Shown: piece after piece, positions 8,279 to 16,590 of the stretch
Position numbering within the stretch: the stretch's first letter is position 1
Layout: each line of letters opens with the position of its first letter
Origin: Verrucomicrobiota bacterium
GTDB lineage: Bacteria; Verrucomicrobiota; Verrucomicrobiia; Opitutales; Opitutaceae
Length of the DNA: 64,000 nucleotides
Direction of reading: 5' to 3'
Assembly (NCBI GenBank): GCA_028293545.1
Contig: JAQGOP010000043.1
Coordinates: 63,651 to 127,650 of the forward strand
Program-made: the position numbers and the translations under genes
The notes under the pieces: generated by a model
Database searches by the model: none
Told to the model about the DNA's origin: nothing
What the model saw: the letters and a program-made list of their open reading frames with translations, nothing else

Positions 8279-9451
8279 TCAGATCTTCCCGGCTTTGCGG
8301 GCTTCGACCATCTTGTAGAAGTCGATGAAAAGCGGGTCGGCGTCGTTCGGGCCGGGGGCGGCTTCGGGGTGGTATTGGACGCTGAAAACCGGCAGCTTCG
8401 TGTGGCGGAGGCCTTCGACGGTTTGGTCGTTGAGATTGATCTCGGTGACCTTCGCCCCGTGGTGATCGAGCGACTTCGGGTCGGTGGCGAAACCGTGATT
8501 TTGCGCGGTGATCGAGACTTTGCCGGTTTCGAGATTTTTCACCGGCTGATTCCCGCCGCGATGGCCGAATTTCAACTTGAACGTCGTGCCGCCGAGCGCG
8601 TGCGTGATCATCTGGTGACCGAGGCAAATACCGAAAATCGGATAGTCGGGCAGGAGGCCCGTCACGGTCTGGTGGATATACGGCAGCGCCGCCGGATCGC
8701 CAGGACCGTTCGAAAGGAAAACCGCGTCGGGCTTGTGCTCGCGCACCTGCTCGTGCGTGGCGGTGGCCGGAAAAACCTGCACTTCGAAACCGTGGTTCAC
8801 CAATTTCCGATAGATGCTGTGCTTCGCGCCGTAGTCGAACGCCGCCACGCGGAATTTTTTCAAGGGAACGCCGGGCACGTTCATCGTCGTGCCGACGGGC
8901 AGGTACGGCGCGTTGTGGTTCGCCAGGTCGTCGGCTCGCCAGATGAACGGGTCGCGGCAGGTCACGTCCTTCACGTAGTCGGTGCCCGCCATGTCGCGCC
9001 AGCCGCGCGCGCGCTGGATCGCTTCCTCGTCGCTCAACGGCAGGGTGCTGAGACAGCTCTTCATGGCGCCGTCGACCCGGAGCTTTTTCGTGAGCGCGCG
9101 GGTATCGACTTCGCTGATCCCCGGGATGCCGTATTTCCGCAGGTAGTCGCCGAGCGACATGTTGCTGCGCCAGTTGCTCACCACCGGGGAAAGTTCGCGC
9201 ACCACGAAACCCGAGCATTTCGGAGTGGCGGCCTCGGTGTCCTCGTCGTTGACGCCGTAGTTGCCGATCTGGACGGCAGTCATCGTGACGATTTGCCCGA
9301 AATACGACGGATCGGTGAGGATTTCTTGGTAGCCCGTCATCGACGTGTTGAAGACACACTCGCCGGCGATGGTGGCATCGGCGCCGAAAGCGAGGCCCCG
9401 GAAAATCGAACCATCTTCGAGGGCGAGAACTGCGGGCTTCGGCGTGGACAT
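8279..9451 (-). CDS. carA: carbamoyl-phosphate synthase small (glutaminase) subunit
   Basis: TGYQEILTDPSY, GICLGHQ (Cys nucleophile) and YHPEA; 390 aa. Confidence 0.95.
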   Translation of the reverse strand: MSTPKPAVLALEDGSIFRGLAFGADATIAGECVFNTSMTGYQEILTDPSYFGQIVTMTAVQIGNYGVNDEDTEAATPKCSGFVVRELSPVVSNWRSNMSLGDYLRKYGIPGISEVDTRALTKKLRVDGAMKSCLSTLPLSDEEAIQRARGWRDMAGTDYVKDVTCRDPFIWRADDLANHNAPYLPVGTTMNVPGVPLKKFRVAAFDYGAKHSIYRKLVNHGFEVQVFPATATHEQVREHKPDAVFLSNGPGDPAALPYIHQTVTGLLPDYPIFGICLGHQMITHALGGTTFKLKFGHRGGNQPVKNLETGKVSITAQNHGFATDPKSLDHHGAKVTEINLNDQTVEGLRHTKLPVFSVQYHPEAAPGPNDADPLFIDFYKMVEARKAGKI

Positions 9452-9510
9452 TAAAGCCTGACGAAAAGGAGTCGGTGAAGGACTGCCAAGGGAATTTCGA
9501 CCCCTGAGAG

Positions 9511-9641
9511 GGAAATTCGAAGATCAAAGCCCGAAATTCGAGGGAAGGCCCTTCGAGAATTCGAGGGGCACAATTCGGCCAAGGGGCGATTGAATTCTTG
9601 TTCTCTCGAGCTTCCTTCGAATCTCGGATTTTGACCCTCAC
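9511..9641 (+). repeat. AATTCGA-rich intergenic module, copy 2
   Basis: GGAAATTCGAAGATCAAAGCCCGAAATTCGAGGGAA and CTTCCTTCGAATCTCGGATTTTGACCCTCAC; same order and orientation as 1094-1216. Confidence 0.7.
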
Positions 9642-9676
9642 CCTTTCTACCTAAATTGCTCCGTCATTTGACACGA

Positions 9677-10924
9677 ATGGTTAGGCCCCGTACCAATTTC
9701 CTCAATCCGATGCCCTACAATGAAGACCGCGCCGTTTGGTTTGAAGGCCAAGGGCTTTGGCAACATGTCCCAGAGAGCGATTGGCGCAGCTGGACCTGGC
9801 AGCTGAAGAACCGCATCACGAGCGTCGCCCAGCTGGAGCAGTACATGACGCTCACGCCGGACGAAAAGGCGGGATGCTATTTCGCGGACAGCAAGCTGTC
9901 GCTCGCGATCACCCCGTATTTTTTCAACCTGATTGACCGCAACGATCCTAACTGTCCGATCCGCAAGCAGGTTATCCCCCGCGGCGGTGAAATGCAGCTC
10001 TCGGCCGAGGAGCAGCTCGATTCCTTGGGCGAGGACGAGCATTCGCCGGTTCCCGGGCTGGTGCACCGTTACCCGGATAGGGTGCTATTCCTCGTGACCG
10101 ATCGTTGTGCGGCATACTGCCGCTACTGCACGCGGAGCCGCTTGGTTTCGAACGCGCAGGACTACAATTTCCATCCCGATTACGAGCAGGCGCTGCGCTA
10201 CATCGAGTCGCACACGGAAGTTCGCGACGTGCTGCTGTCGGGCGGCGATCCCTTGCTGCTTTCGGACAAGAAACTGGAGCACCTGCTCTCGCGGCTGCGC
10301 GCGATCAAGCACGTCGAGTTCATCCGCATCGGCTCACGGATTCCGGTTTTCCTGCCGCAGCGCATCACTCCGGAGCTGTGCGAGGTTTTCAAGAAGTACG
10401 GGCCGATCTGGATGAGCATCCACGTGAATCATCCGAAGGAAGCGACCCAGGAGCTGAAGGATGCGTGCGAGCGCCTGTCGTTCGCCGGCGTGCCCTTGGG
10501 CAACCAAAGCGTGCTGCTGAAAGGCGTGAACGACGATGCCGACGTCATGAAGGCGCTTGTGCACCGGCTGCTGCGGATGCGCGTTCGGCCGTATTACATT
10601 TACCAGATGGACCTCATTACGGGTGGGGCGCACTTCAAGGTCGATGTCCGGAAGGGCATCGAGATCATCAAGGCGCTGCGCGGCCACACCACCGGTTATG
10701 CGGTTCCGCAGTATGTCATCGATGCTCCCGGCGGCGGCGGCAAGGTGCCGATCAACCCGGACTACGTGGAGAAAATCACCGACGACGAAGTGGTGTTCCG
10801 GAATTACGAAGGGCACCGCTTCAGCTATCCATTGAAGAGCACGCCGATCCCGAACAAAACCTCCGCCGACGTCCCGCATCCGCATACCCATGCGGTGCCG
10901 GCGCCGGGCGTGATTGTGGATTGA
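9677..10924 (+). CDS. kamA: lysine 2,3-aminomutase (KamA-family radical SAM enzyme)
   Basis: CAAYCRYCTRS (CxxxCxxC), WQLKNRI and SGGDPLL. Start uncertain (TTG 9656, ATG 9677 or ATG 9710). Confidence 0.88.
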   Translation: MVRPRTNFLNPMPYNEDRAVWFEGQGLWQHVPESDWRSWTWQLKNRITSVAQLEQYMTLTPDEKAGCYFADSKLSLAITPYFFNLIDRNDPNCPIRKQVIPRGGEMQLSAEEQLDSLGEDEHSPVPGLVHRYPDRVLFLVTDRCAAYCRYCTRSRLVSNAQDYNFHPDYEQALRYIESHTEVRDVLLSGGDPLLLSDKKLEHLLSRLRAIKHVEFIRIGSRIPVFLPQRITPELCEVFKKYGPIWMSIHVNHPKEATQELKDACERLSFAGVPLGNQSVLLKGVNDDADVMKALVHRLLRMRVRPYYIYQMDLITGGAHFKVDVRKGIEIIKALRGHTTGYAVPQYVIDAPGGGGKVPINPDYVEKITDDEVVFRNYEGHRFSYPLKSTPIPNKTSADVPHPHTHAVPAPGVIVD

Positions 10925-10955
10925 ACTTCCGCCGCGGGCGGTTGCCGCCGGGGTT

Positions 10956-11699
10956 TCAATCCAGCGCGAAGGTGGCGCTGACCGTGGTCGTGATGGTTTT
11001 CTCGAGGGACGACGTGTCGTTGTTTCCTTCCCAACTTGTGGCGCTGGAATAGAGCGGGTTGATCTGCACGACGCCCATGCGTGCAGTGCGGAGCTCCTTG
11101 ATTTTGCGGCCTCCCTGGGTCGCGATCTGCTCGGCGCGAGCACGCGCGTCCTTGGTTGCTTCGGCCATCATCTCCACTTTGGCCTCGCTGGCTTTCGTAT
11201 AAACAAATTCGAGCCCATCCGACACGAGGGCGATGCCTTCCGAAAGCAGCGCGGCGGATTCGGTGCCGAGGCTCGTCGTCACTGCGACATCCGAGGAGCG
11301 GATTTCAATGCGCTGCGTGAGACGGTAGCCGATGCGTTTTGTCACCGCTTCGTCGTCGTCGTTTTTCGCGCGGGCCGTGATCTCCCGAATCTGCACGGGC
11401 AGGATCGTGATTTCCTTCACGCCCTTCGAACGCAGGAACGCACTGGCCTTTTCGAGATCGGCTTTGAGTTTTTCGTGGGCGTTCAGCAGCGCTTCGTCGT
11501 CGACTGAAAAGCTGGCGCGCCAAACCACGAGGTCGGACCTCACATTTTTCCGCGCGGAGCCGGTGACGTCGATCACCTGGGATTCGTGGAGATGGGTCCA
11601 GGTGCGCGTGAAAACGATGGAGGCGAAACAAAGTCCGGCGGCGAGGAACAGGCCTGCGAGGAGGCCGAAGAGATGGGGGCGGGGAGGGTTATTTTCCAT
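10956..11699 (-). CDS. SIMPL (DUF541) domain-containing protein
   Basis: N-terminal TM helix followed by a SIMPL-like domain (motif-level recognition). ATG at 11699 preferred over the track TTG at 11705. Confidence 0.75.
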   Translation of the reverse strand: MENNPPRPHLFGLLAGLFLAAGLCFASIVFTRTWTHLHESQVIDVTGSARKNVRSDLVVWRASFSVDDEALLNAHEKLKADLEKASAFLRSKGVKEITILPVQIREITARAKNDDDEAVTKRIGYRLTQRIEIRSSDVAVTTSLGTESAALLSEGIALVSDGLEFVYTKASEAKVEMMAEATKDARARAEQIATQGGRKIKELRTARMGVVQINPLYSSATSWEGNNDTSSLEKTITTTVSATFALD

Positions 11700-11811
11700 G
11701 TTCAAAAATTGCGCGGATAGGCCTCGGGCCGTGTGTCATAATTGTCCAATGGAAGTCATTAACAATCCGGTAGTGATTGATGAACAATTACTTATCGTAC
11801 GCGATAATTGG

Positions 11812-11834
11812 CCGGACGAAATCCGGTTTTTTTT
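11812..11834 (+). terminator. short hairpin plus T8 tract (intrinsic-terminator-like)
   Basis: CCGGA-CGAAA-TCCGG followed by TTTTTTTT, in an AT-rich spacer. Confidence 0.45.
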
Positions 11835-11855
11835 GAGCATTTCGCGCGGGAGACC

Positions 11856-11951
11856 GTCTATCCCCGTGTAGTCAGAATTGTTTGTAGTTCTTACGGTTTG
11901 CTTGGTGTTAGGTCACCTGAGCCGCCCCGCAGGGGGCGGCTCTTGTATTTT
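11856..11951 (+). ncRNA. candidate small RNA, unit 1 (conserved box, 36-nt core, intrinsic terminator)
   Basis: Box GTCTATCCCCGTGTAGTCA; core GTTTGTAGTTCTTACGGTTTGCTTGGTGTTAGGTCA (11880-11915); terminator AGCCGCCCC-GCAG-GGGGCGGCT followed by CTTGTATTTT (11920-11951). Confidence 0.4.
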
Positions 11952-12014
11952 CGGGGGGCGGAAAAAGATTTTTGGGATTTTTCCACAATCTTTGAACGTT
12001 CCGAGCATCGGAGC

Positions 12015-12130
12015 ATCTATCTCCCCGTAGTCATCATCGTCCTGGTAAGACGGTGAATGTTTGTAGTTCTTACGGTTTGCTTGGTGTTAGGTCATAAAAG
12101 CCGCCTCGAAAGAGGCGGCTTTTGTCTTTT
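12015..12130 (+). ncRNA. candidate small RNA, unit 2 (paralog of unit 1)
   Basis: Box ATCTATCTCCCCGTAGTCA; identical 36-nt core at 12059-12094; a different terminator AAAGCCGCCTC-GAAA-GAGGCGGCTTT followed by TGTCTTTT (12097-12130). Confidence 0.4.
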
Positions 12131-12404
12131 CCGGATTCGGGCCGTTCTTAAACGCGAATGAACGCGAACCCGGAGTCCACACTTCGAACCTCCGCCGCGG
12201 ATTTCGCGGATGAACGCGGATTGAAACCAAAACGACCGGTACGACGACGATGCTGCCGCGCTAATTTTCTTTCATCCGGATTAGCGGGAATCAGCGAAGA
12301 TGAGCGGTTAAACTCCGGTGAGATTCAGAATCTGAATTTACGTTCATTCGCGTTATTCGCGGTTAAAAGTTTCGCTTGCAGTGCGAGATCGGCGCCCTTT
12401 GCTG

Positions 12405-12512
12405 CGCGTTGCCTGTAGGGGTGCCCTCCGCGGAGGGCTGAGATTGCGGCACGCTCGGCTGCTCGACCCTTCGAACCTGAAACGGATCATGCCGACGAAG
12501 GAAACAGCAGGC
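12405..12512 (+). promoter_or_regulatory. TPP (THI-box) riboswitch
   Basis: AGGGGTGCC-CTCCGCGGAGGG-CTGAGA ... ACCCTTCGAACCTGAAACGGATCATGCCGACGAAGGAA matches the conserved TPP aptamer strings (GGGGUGC, CUGAGA, ACCCUUUGAACCUGA, AUGCC.GCG.AGGGAA). It lies about 75 nt upstream of a TonB-dependent receptor. Confidence 0.85.
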
Positions 12513-12585
12513 GCTGCGAGCGCCATTGGGCGGGCAACGCCGCTTTCGTTGGACGTTCGTTCTGGGGCGGGCACACGCACCCTCC

Positions 12586-14925
12586 ATGAAACTCCTCGCC
12601 CGAAACCTCCTGCTCCCACTCGCGTTCTCGTCGCTTCTCCTCCGCGCCTTCGCGCAAGTTGCGCCGGAAGTCACCACGCTCTCGCCGTTCCGCGTGATGG
12701 GCCTGCCGGTCGAACAATCGATCAATCCGCTCACGCGCGAAACTTCCTCAGTGCTCGGCGATTCGCGCGATCCGCTTTCCACGCCGCGCGGGGTCAGCTC
12801 GTTGAGCACCGCGCTGTTCAACGAACGCCAGATCCACGGCGTCCGCGAGATCCTGCTTTATTCGCCGTCGGCTTATGCGGGCGCAAGCTACGGCAAGACC
12901 ACCGTGCCGAACCTGCGCGGCGACACCGCCGAGACTTATCTCAACGGCCAGCGGCTCAGCTATAACCTCTATGGTTATTTTCCGTCGTTCAACGGCGTCG
13001 AGTCGATCGACCTGGTCCGCGGGCCCGGTTCCGCGGTGTTTGGCGCGGGATATTTTTCCGGCGGCTATGTGAACTACGTCACGAAGCAGCCGAAATTTTC
13101 CGGCGCGGAAACGACGATCACGACCCGCTTCGGCACCTGGGCGCCGGGCGAGGTGAGCTATCTCAACGGCTCGGTGCAGGTCGACGCGACGGCGCCGGTT
13201 TCGGACACGCTCGCTTGGCGCGTGAGCCTCGAGGCCAAGGGCGGCGATACGTTCTGGAAAAAAAATGACGTGCGCGACGATCGCTTCGATTTCTTCGCGG
13301 CGCTGACGTGGCGCCCGTCGAGCGGAACCACCGTCGACGCCAACGTGCAGTACATCTGGCAGGCGTCGCCGGAAGTGCTCGGCGTGAACCGGGTGAACCA
13401 GGAGTTGATCTGGCACGGCACGTATTACACCGGCGCCTCGGCGGACCTCGGTGTGCCCGGGCCGATCCCCGCGACGGCGGCGGTGAAAATCCCCTGGGAG
13501 AACACGCTTTTCTCCAAAGGCGATTTCTCGAATGCGAATGTCGCGCGCGCGCAGGTGATCGCCACGCGCGTGGTTTCGCCGGCGCTCACGCTCGTGAATC
13601 GCACGCTCTACGAGCACGTGGACCGGCGGCGCGCGCATCAGTTCGAGTACGCGGAATACGTCACGCAGGACACCGCGGAAAACCGCACCGAGGCGCATCT
13701 CAACTATTCCGTGTTTGGATTCCCGCACTCGGTCATCGCCGGCGCGACCGTGCGATACGAGGGGCGCGAGAGCTTCACGAATTACTTCAACGAATACTTC
13801 TACAATTTCGATCTCACCGACCCCGCGCGGGTTTTCAATTTCCGCGACCAATACCCGAACAGCACCTTCCCGGGATTCATCGGGCCCGGCGGGCGCGAGT
13901 TTTTCCCGGCGAGCTACGACAGCCCGGAGACGGTGCGCAGCGAGACGTGGAACCCGGCGGTTTTTTGGCAGGAGGATGTCGCGCTGACTTCCAAGCTCTC
14001 CGCGATCATCGGGCTGCGGGAGGACACATTTTTTGCGCGCGCGGTGGATCCGCTCGGCGACGCGGCGGGGGCGCCCTGGCGAGACGCGGAAACGGTCAGC
14101 GCATTTTCGCAGGCATACAGTTTGGTTTACCGATTCACGCCGAGGCTCTCGATGTATGCGACGCACAACCGCATTCGCGCGGCCAATGGAAACGTCACCG
14201 GTGGCGGCGTGATTCTCAACCTGCCTGACGGACAAATTAACCGCGGGGATTTCCGCAACCTCAGCGAGCTGTTCGAAGGCGGCGTGAAGGCGTCGCTGCT
14301 GGAGAACCGGATGTTCGCGGCGGCGACCGTGTTCCAGCAGAATCGATCGCGCGTCGCGCTGGGCGGAAAAAAGAACGACATCACGCTCCACGGCTTGGAA
14401 TTGGAGACGACGTACCAGCCGAGCCCACGGCTGAGTTTCACGGGGAATGCCACGTTTCAAAGCGGCCACTACGTCAACTCGCAGCCCTACCAGGCGGGAG
14501 GCCGCGATATTTATTCGGCGTATGCGCTGGGTCGCGGGCCGGGCGGGCAGGGCACGGCGACGGGTGCGTACGATCCGTATGCGAACCAGGTCGAGGCGGG
14601 TGATTGGCCGCTGTTGGGCTTGTCGAACACGATGCTCAACGGCAGCGCCCGCTATAAATGGGACGGCGGCTTTGGCGTGGGGGGAAATGCGCAATGGCAA
14701 AGCCGGCAGCGCGGGAACCTCGATGACCAATGGCACATCCCGTCGCAGTACACGTTGAACGCTTCGGTGTTTTTCGAGGCGAAGCGATGGTCGGTGAATC
14801 TCGACTTCCTGAATCTCACCAACCAACGGAACTGGATCCACAACGGCGACGCCTACACGGCGAGCGAGCTGATCTTCCCCGAGCTCCCGTTTCGGATGGA
14901 GGGGTATGTGAAGGTCCGGTTTTAA
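12586..14925 (+). CDS. TonB-dependent outer-membrane receptor (TPP-riboswitch controlled; likely thiamine or precursor uptake)
   Basis: Signal peptide MKLLARNLLLPLAFSSLLLRAFAQ from ATG 12586; plug region ...VRGPGSAVFGAGY...; long beta-barrel; C-terminal ...YVKVRF. Confidence 0.9.
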   Translation: MKLLARNLLLPLAFSSLLLRAFAQVAPEVTTLSPFRVMGLPVEQSINPLTRETSSVLGDSRDPLSTPRGVSSLSTALFNERQIHGVREILLYSPSAYAGASYGKTTVPNLRGDTAETYLNGQRLSYNLYGYFPSFNGVESIDLVRGPGSAVFGAGYFSGGYVNYVTKQPKFSGAETTITTRFGTWAPGEVSYLNGSVQVDATAPVSDTLAWRVSLEAKGGDTFWKKNDVRDDRFDFFAALTWRPSSGTTVDANVQYIWQASPEVLGVNRVNQELIWHGTYYTGASADLGVPGPIPATAAVKIPWENTLFSKGDFSNANVARAQVIATRVVSPALTLVNRTLYEHVDRRRAHQFEYAEYVTQDTAENRTEAHLNYSVFGFPHSVIAGATVRYEGRESFTNYFNEYFYNFDLTDPARVFNFRDQYPNSTFPGFIGPGGREFFPASYDSPETVRSETWNPAVFWQEDVALTSKLSAIIGLREDTFFARAVDPLGDAAGAPWRDAETVSAFSQAYSLVYRFTPRLSMYATHNRIRAANGNVTGGGVILNLPDGQINRGDFRNLSELFEGGVKASLLENRMFAAATVFQQNRSRVALGGKKNDITLHGLELETTYQPSPRLSFTGNATFQSGHYVNSQPYQAGGRDIYSAYALGRGPGGQGTATGAYDPYANQVEAGDWPLLGLSNTMLNGSARYKWDGGFGVGGNAQWQSRQRGNLDDQWHIPSQYTLNASVFFEAKRWSVNLDFLNLTNQRNWIHNGDAYTASELIFPELPFRMEGYVKVRF

Positions 14926-14933
14926 GAAAAAAG

Positions 14934-15100
14934 CAGGGCGTGGTCTTTGACCCGCCTCGGGTGAAAAGCGTAGCGCCGGGTCTCTGACTGGCTCGGCCAC
15001 GCGTTTCAATCACGGGCCGTTGGTTGGTGGTCAGACTGCAACGAACCGGTCGAAGGCCGGCGTTACGTTTAGCGGAGGCGGGTCAGAGACCGCGCCCTAC
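14934..15100. repeat. REP-B inverted pair
   Basis: CAGGGCGTGGTCTTTGACCCGCCTCGG (14934-14960) and GGAGGCGGGTCAGAGACCGCGCCCTAC (15074-15100), plus a degenerate copy at 14969-14995. Same family as 37703-37773. Confidence 0.8.
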
Positions 15101-15140
15101 CGTCTTGCGCGGCGCACCAGTTCACCTTCAACTCGACGGC

Positions 15141-15734
15141 ATGATTGGGCTCCTCGAAGGCAAAGGCACGCCAGCCAAGAAACCAGTGGAACGCGTTTTC
15201 TCGCTGCGCCTCTCCGTGGTCGGCTGCCAGCCCAAGATCTGGCGTCGGCTCCTGGTCCGCGAATCAATGTGGCTTTCACGCCTGCACGACAGCATCCAGG
15301 TCGCGTTCGATTGGTTCGATTATCAGACGCATGCGTTCAACATCGATGACCTGCGCTTCGGTAATCCGCTGAAGCGCGACGAGTTGTCGATCGAGGACGA
15401 CCGCGACGTCGGTCTTGCCGACCTCGATCTCGAACATCGGACCCAATTCACCTATGGCTACCACTTTGGCGAAGGCTGGCAGGTCGAGATCAAGGTCGAG
15501 AAAGTCTTGGTGATCGAAAAAGGCGTCATCTACCCGAGCTGCCTCGCTGGTGAACGAGCGGGCCCGCCCGAGGATTGCGGCGGGATGGAGGCGTTCAACG
15601 ACCTCCTGGCCTGCCTCAAGGAACCGCACACCGACCTCGGTCAGGAATGGCTCGAATGGGTCGGACCGGACTACGACCCGGAGGTTTGCGACGTCGCAAA
15701 GATAAATAAATCCCTCAAGAAACTGACGAAGTGA
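15141..15734 (+). CDS. plasmid pRiA4b ORF-3-like family protein
   Basis: FSLRLSVVGCQPKIWRRLLV, HDSIQVAFDW and PPEDCGG motifs typical of this family. Start moved to ATG 15141 because the upstream part of the track ORF lies in REP-B repeats. Confidence 0.8.
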   Translation: MIGLLEGKGTPAKKPVERVFSLRLSVVGCQPKIWRRLLVRESMWLSRLHDSIQVAFDWFDYQTHAFNIDDLRFGNPLKRDELSIEDDRDVGLADLDLEHRTQFTYGYHFGEGWQVEIKVEKVLVIEKGVIYPSCLAGERAGPPEDCGGMEAFNDLLACLKEPHTDLGQEWLEWVGPDYDPEVCDVAKINKSLKKLTK

Positions 15735-16005
15735 TCACGTCCAGCGAACCGGCAGGCGTGTCCGGCGGTGATCATTCTCTTGGTCTGTTCTAACCCGCGC
15801 AACCGCATGGGGTAAAGCGGCGAGGCGATCGCGGCCTGCAGCCTGAGCGGAGGGTGAATCGGTCGATCCTTCGACGTGGGAGCCGAGAACCTCCAAACAT
15901 CCTCTTGACGGTCTGGCCCGCGTCTACACGTTGCGGGCGTTCTTTTACAGTTCCTGGTCAGCTAGGAGTCGTTGCCGCAAGGAGCAGTGACGACTCCATC
16001 TGATC

Positions 16006-16260
16006 ATGAAAAACAGGACAAGACAGCTCTACGTAAGTCCGGGTTTCGGCTCGGGTATGGCGTTCGTCAGTTGGGATGCGGGTGAAGACCCCTACCTGCG
16101 CGCGAGCGACTATCTACCCGATGAGGATCTTCCGGTCGAAAAACGTCAGGGCCTGCAACGTAACTGGATGCAGGCGATCAAGCACCTGCCCAAGGTGTGG
16201 AGTCGTCTGGTCCGTCAACCACTGTGGCGTCAGGCTGCCAAGCCCGTCGTCTCAGTCTAA
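16006..16260 (+). CDS. hypothetical protein (84 aa)
   Basis: ORF followed 14 nt later by a strong intrinsic terminator. No recognisable family. Confidence 0.45.
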   Translation: MKNRTRQLYVSPGFGSGMAFVSWDAGEDPYLRASDYLPDEDLPVEKRQGLQRNWMQAIKHLPKVWSRLVRQPLWRQAAKPVVSV

Positions 16261-16273
16261 AACAGCAAATAAC

Positions 16274-16312
16274 GCCGGGCGGAGGAGCAATCCTTCGCCC
16301 GGCTCTTTTTTT
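16274..16312 (+). terminator. intrinsic terminator
   Basis: GCCGGGCG-(14 nt loop)-CGCCCGGC followed by TCTTTTTTT. Confidence 0.8.
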
Positions 16313-16322
16313 GGGATCTTCA

Positions 16323-16590
16323 GAAGTAGTGCAGGCGGCCCGCCTGCTCGGGGAGATTGAGTCATCCAATCCTTTTTGAACAGAAGGCAACGAAGGGAAC
16401 GAAGAGGTTCTGGTCAGCAGGGTCGTTCGTGGCCCTAAACGAGCCATGTTTCGAGGACTTCCAATCCCACCGTCAAGGGCACGATTGGTTTCGCGAACCA
16501 GAACCTCTTCGTTCCCTTCGTTGCCTTCTGTTCAAATCTTCCGGTTCGCGGGGCTCTCTCCCGGAGCAGGCGGGCCGCCTGCGCTACTTC
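16323..16590. repeat. Composite nested palindromic element: REP-A forward, 40-bp arm, 82-bp spacer, 40-bp arm, REP-A reverse
   Basis: Perfect 40-bp inverted repeat TTTGAACAGAAGGCAACGAAGGGAACGAAGAGGTTCTGGT (16375-16414) versus 16497-16536, flanked by REP-A copies at 16323-16353 and 16561-16590. Confidence 0.9.

Noticed and set aside
8199-9641. Upstream 480 codons of the 677-aa track ORF
   Set aside because: They overlap carA in another frame with Arg/Pro-rich nonsense composition. A GTG at 8198 yields a sensible TM-anchored 196-aa protein.
11856-12130. Possible CRISPR-like array (repeat-spacer-repeat)
   Set aside because: There are only two repeat units, each with its own terminator, no further repeats and no cas genes in the window.
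11877-12163. Hydrophobic mini-ORFs (M/L)FVVLTVCLVLGH... reading through the 36-nt cores, considered as type I toxin-like peptides
   Set aside because: The reading frames run straight through the terminator hairpins and diverge completely after the 12 shared residues. Copy 1 has only a TTG with no ribosome-binding site. An RNA function explains the conservation better.
12748-15009. 753-aa ORF antisense to the TonB-dependent receptor
   Set aside because: Arg/Ala/Gly/Pro-rich low-complexity translation typical of out-of-frame reading in GC-rich DNA, with no recognisable domain. The opposite strand encodes a complete receptor with signal peptide, plug and C-terminal Phe.
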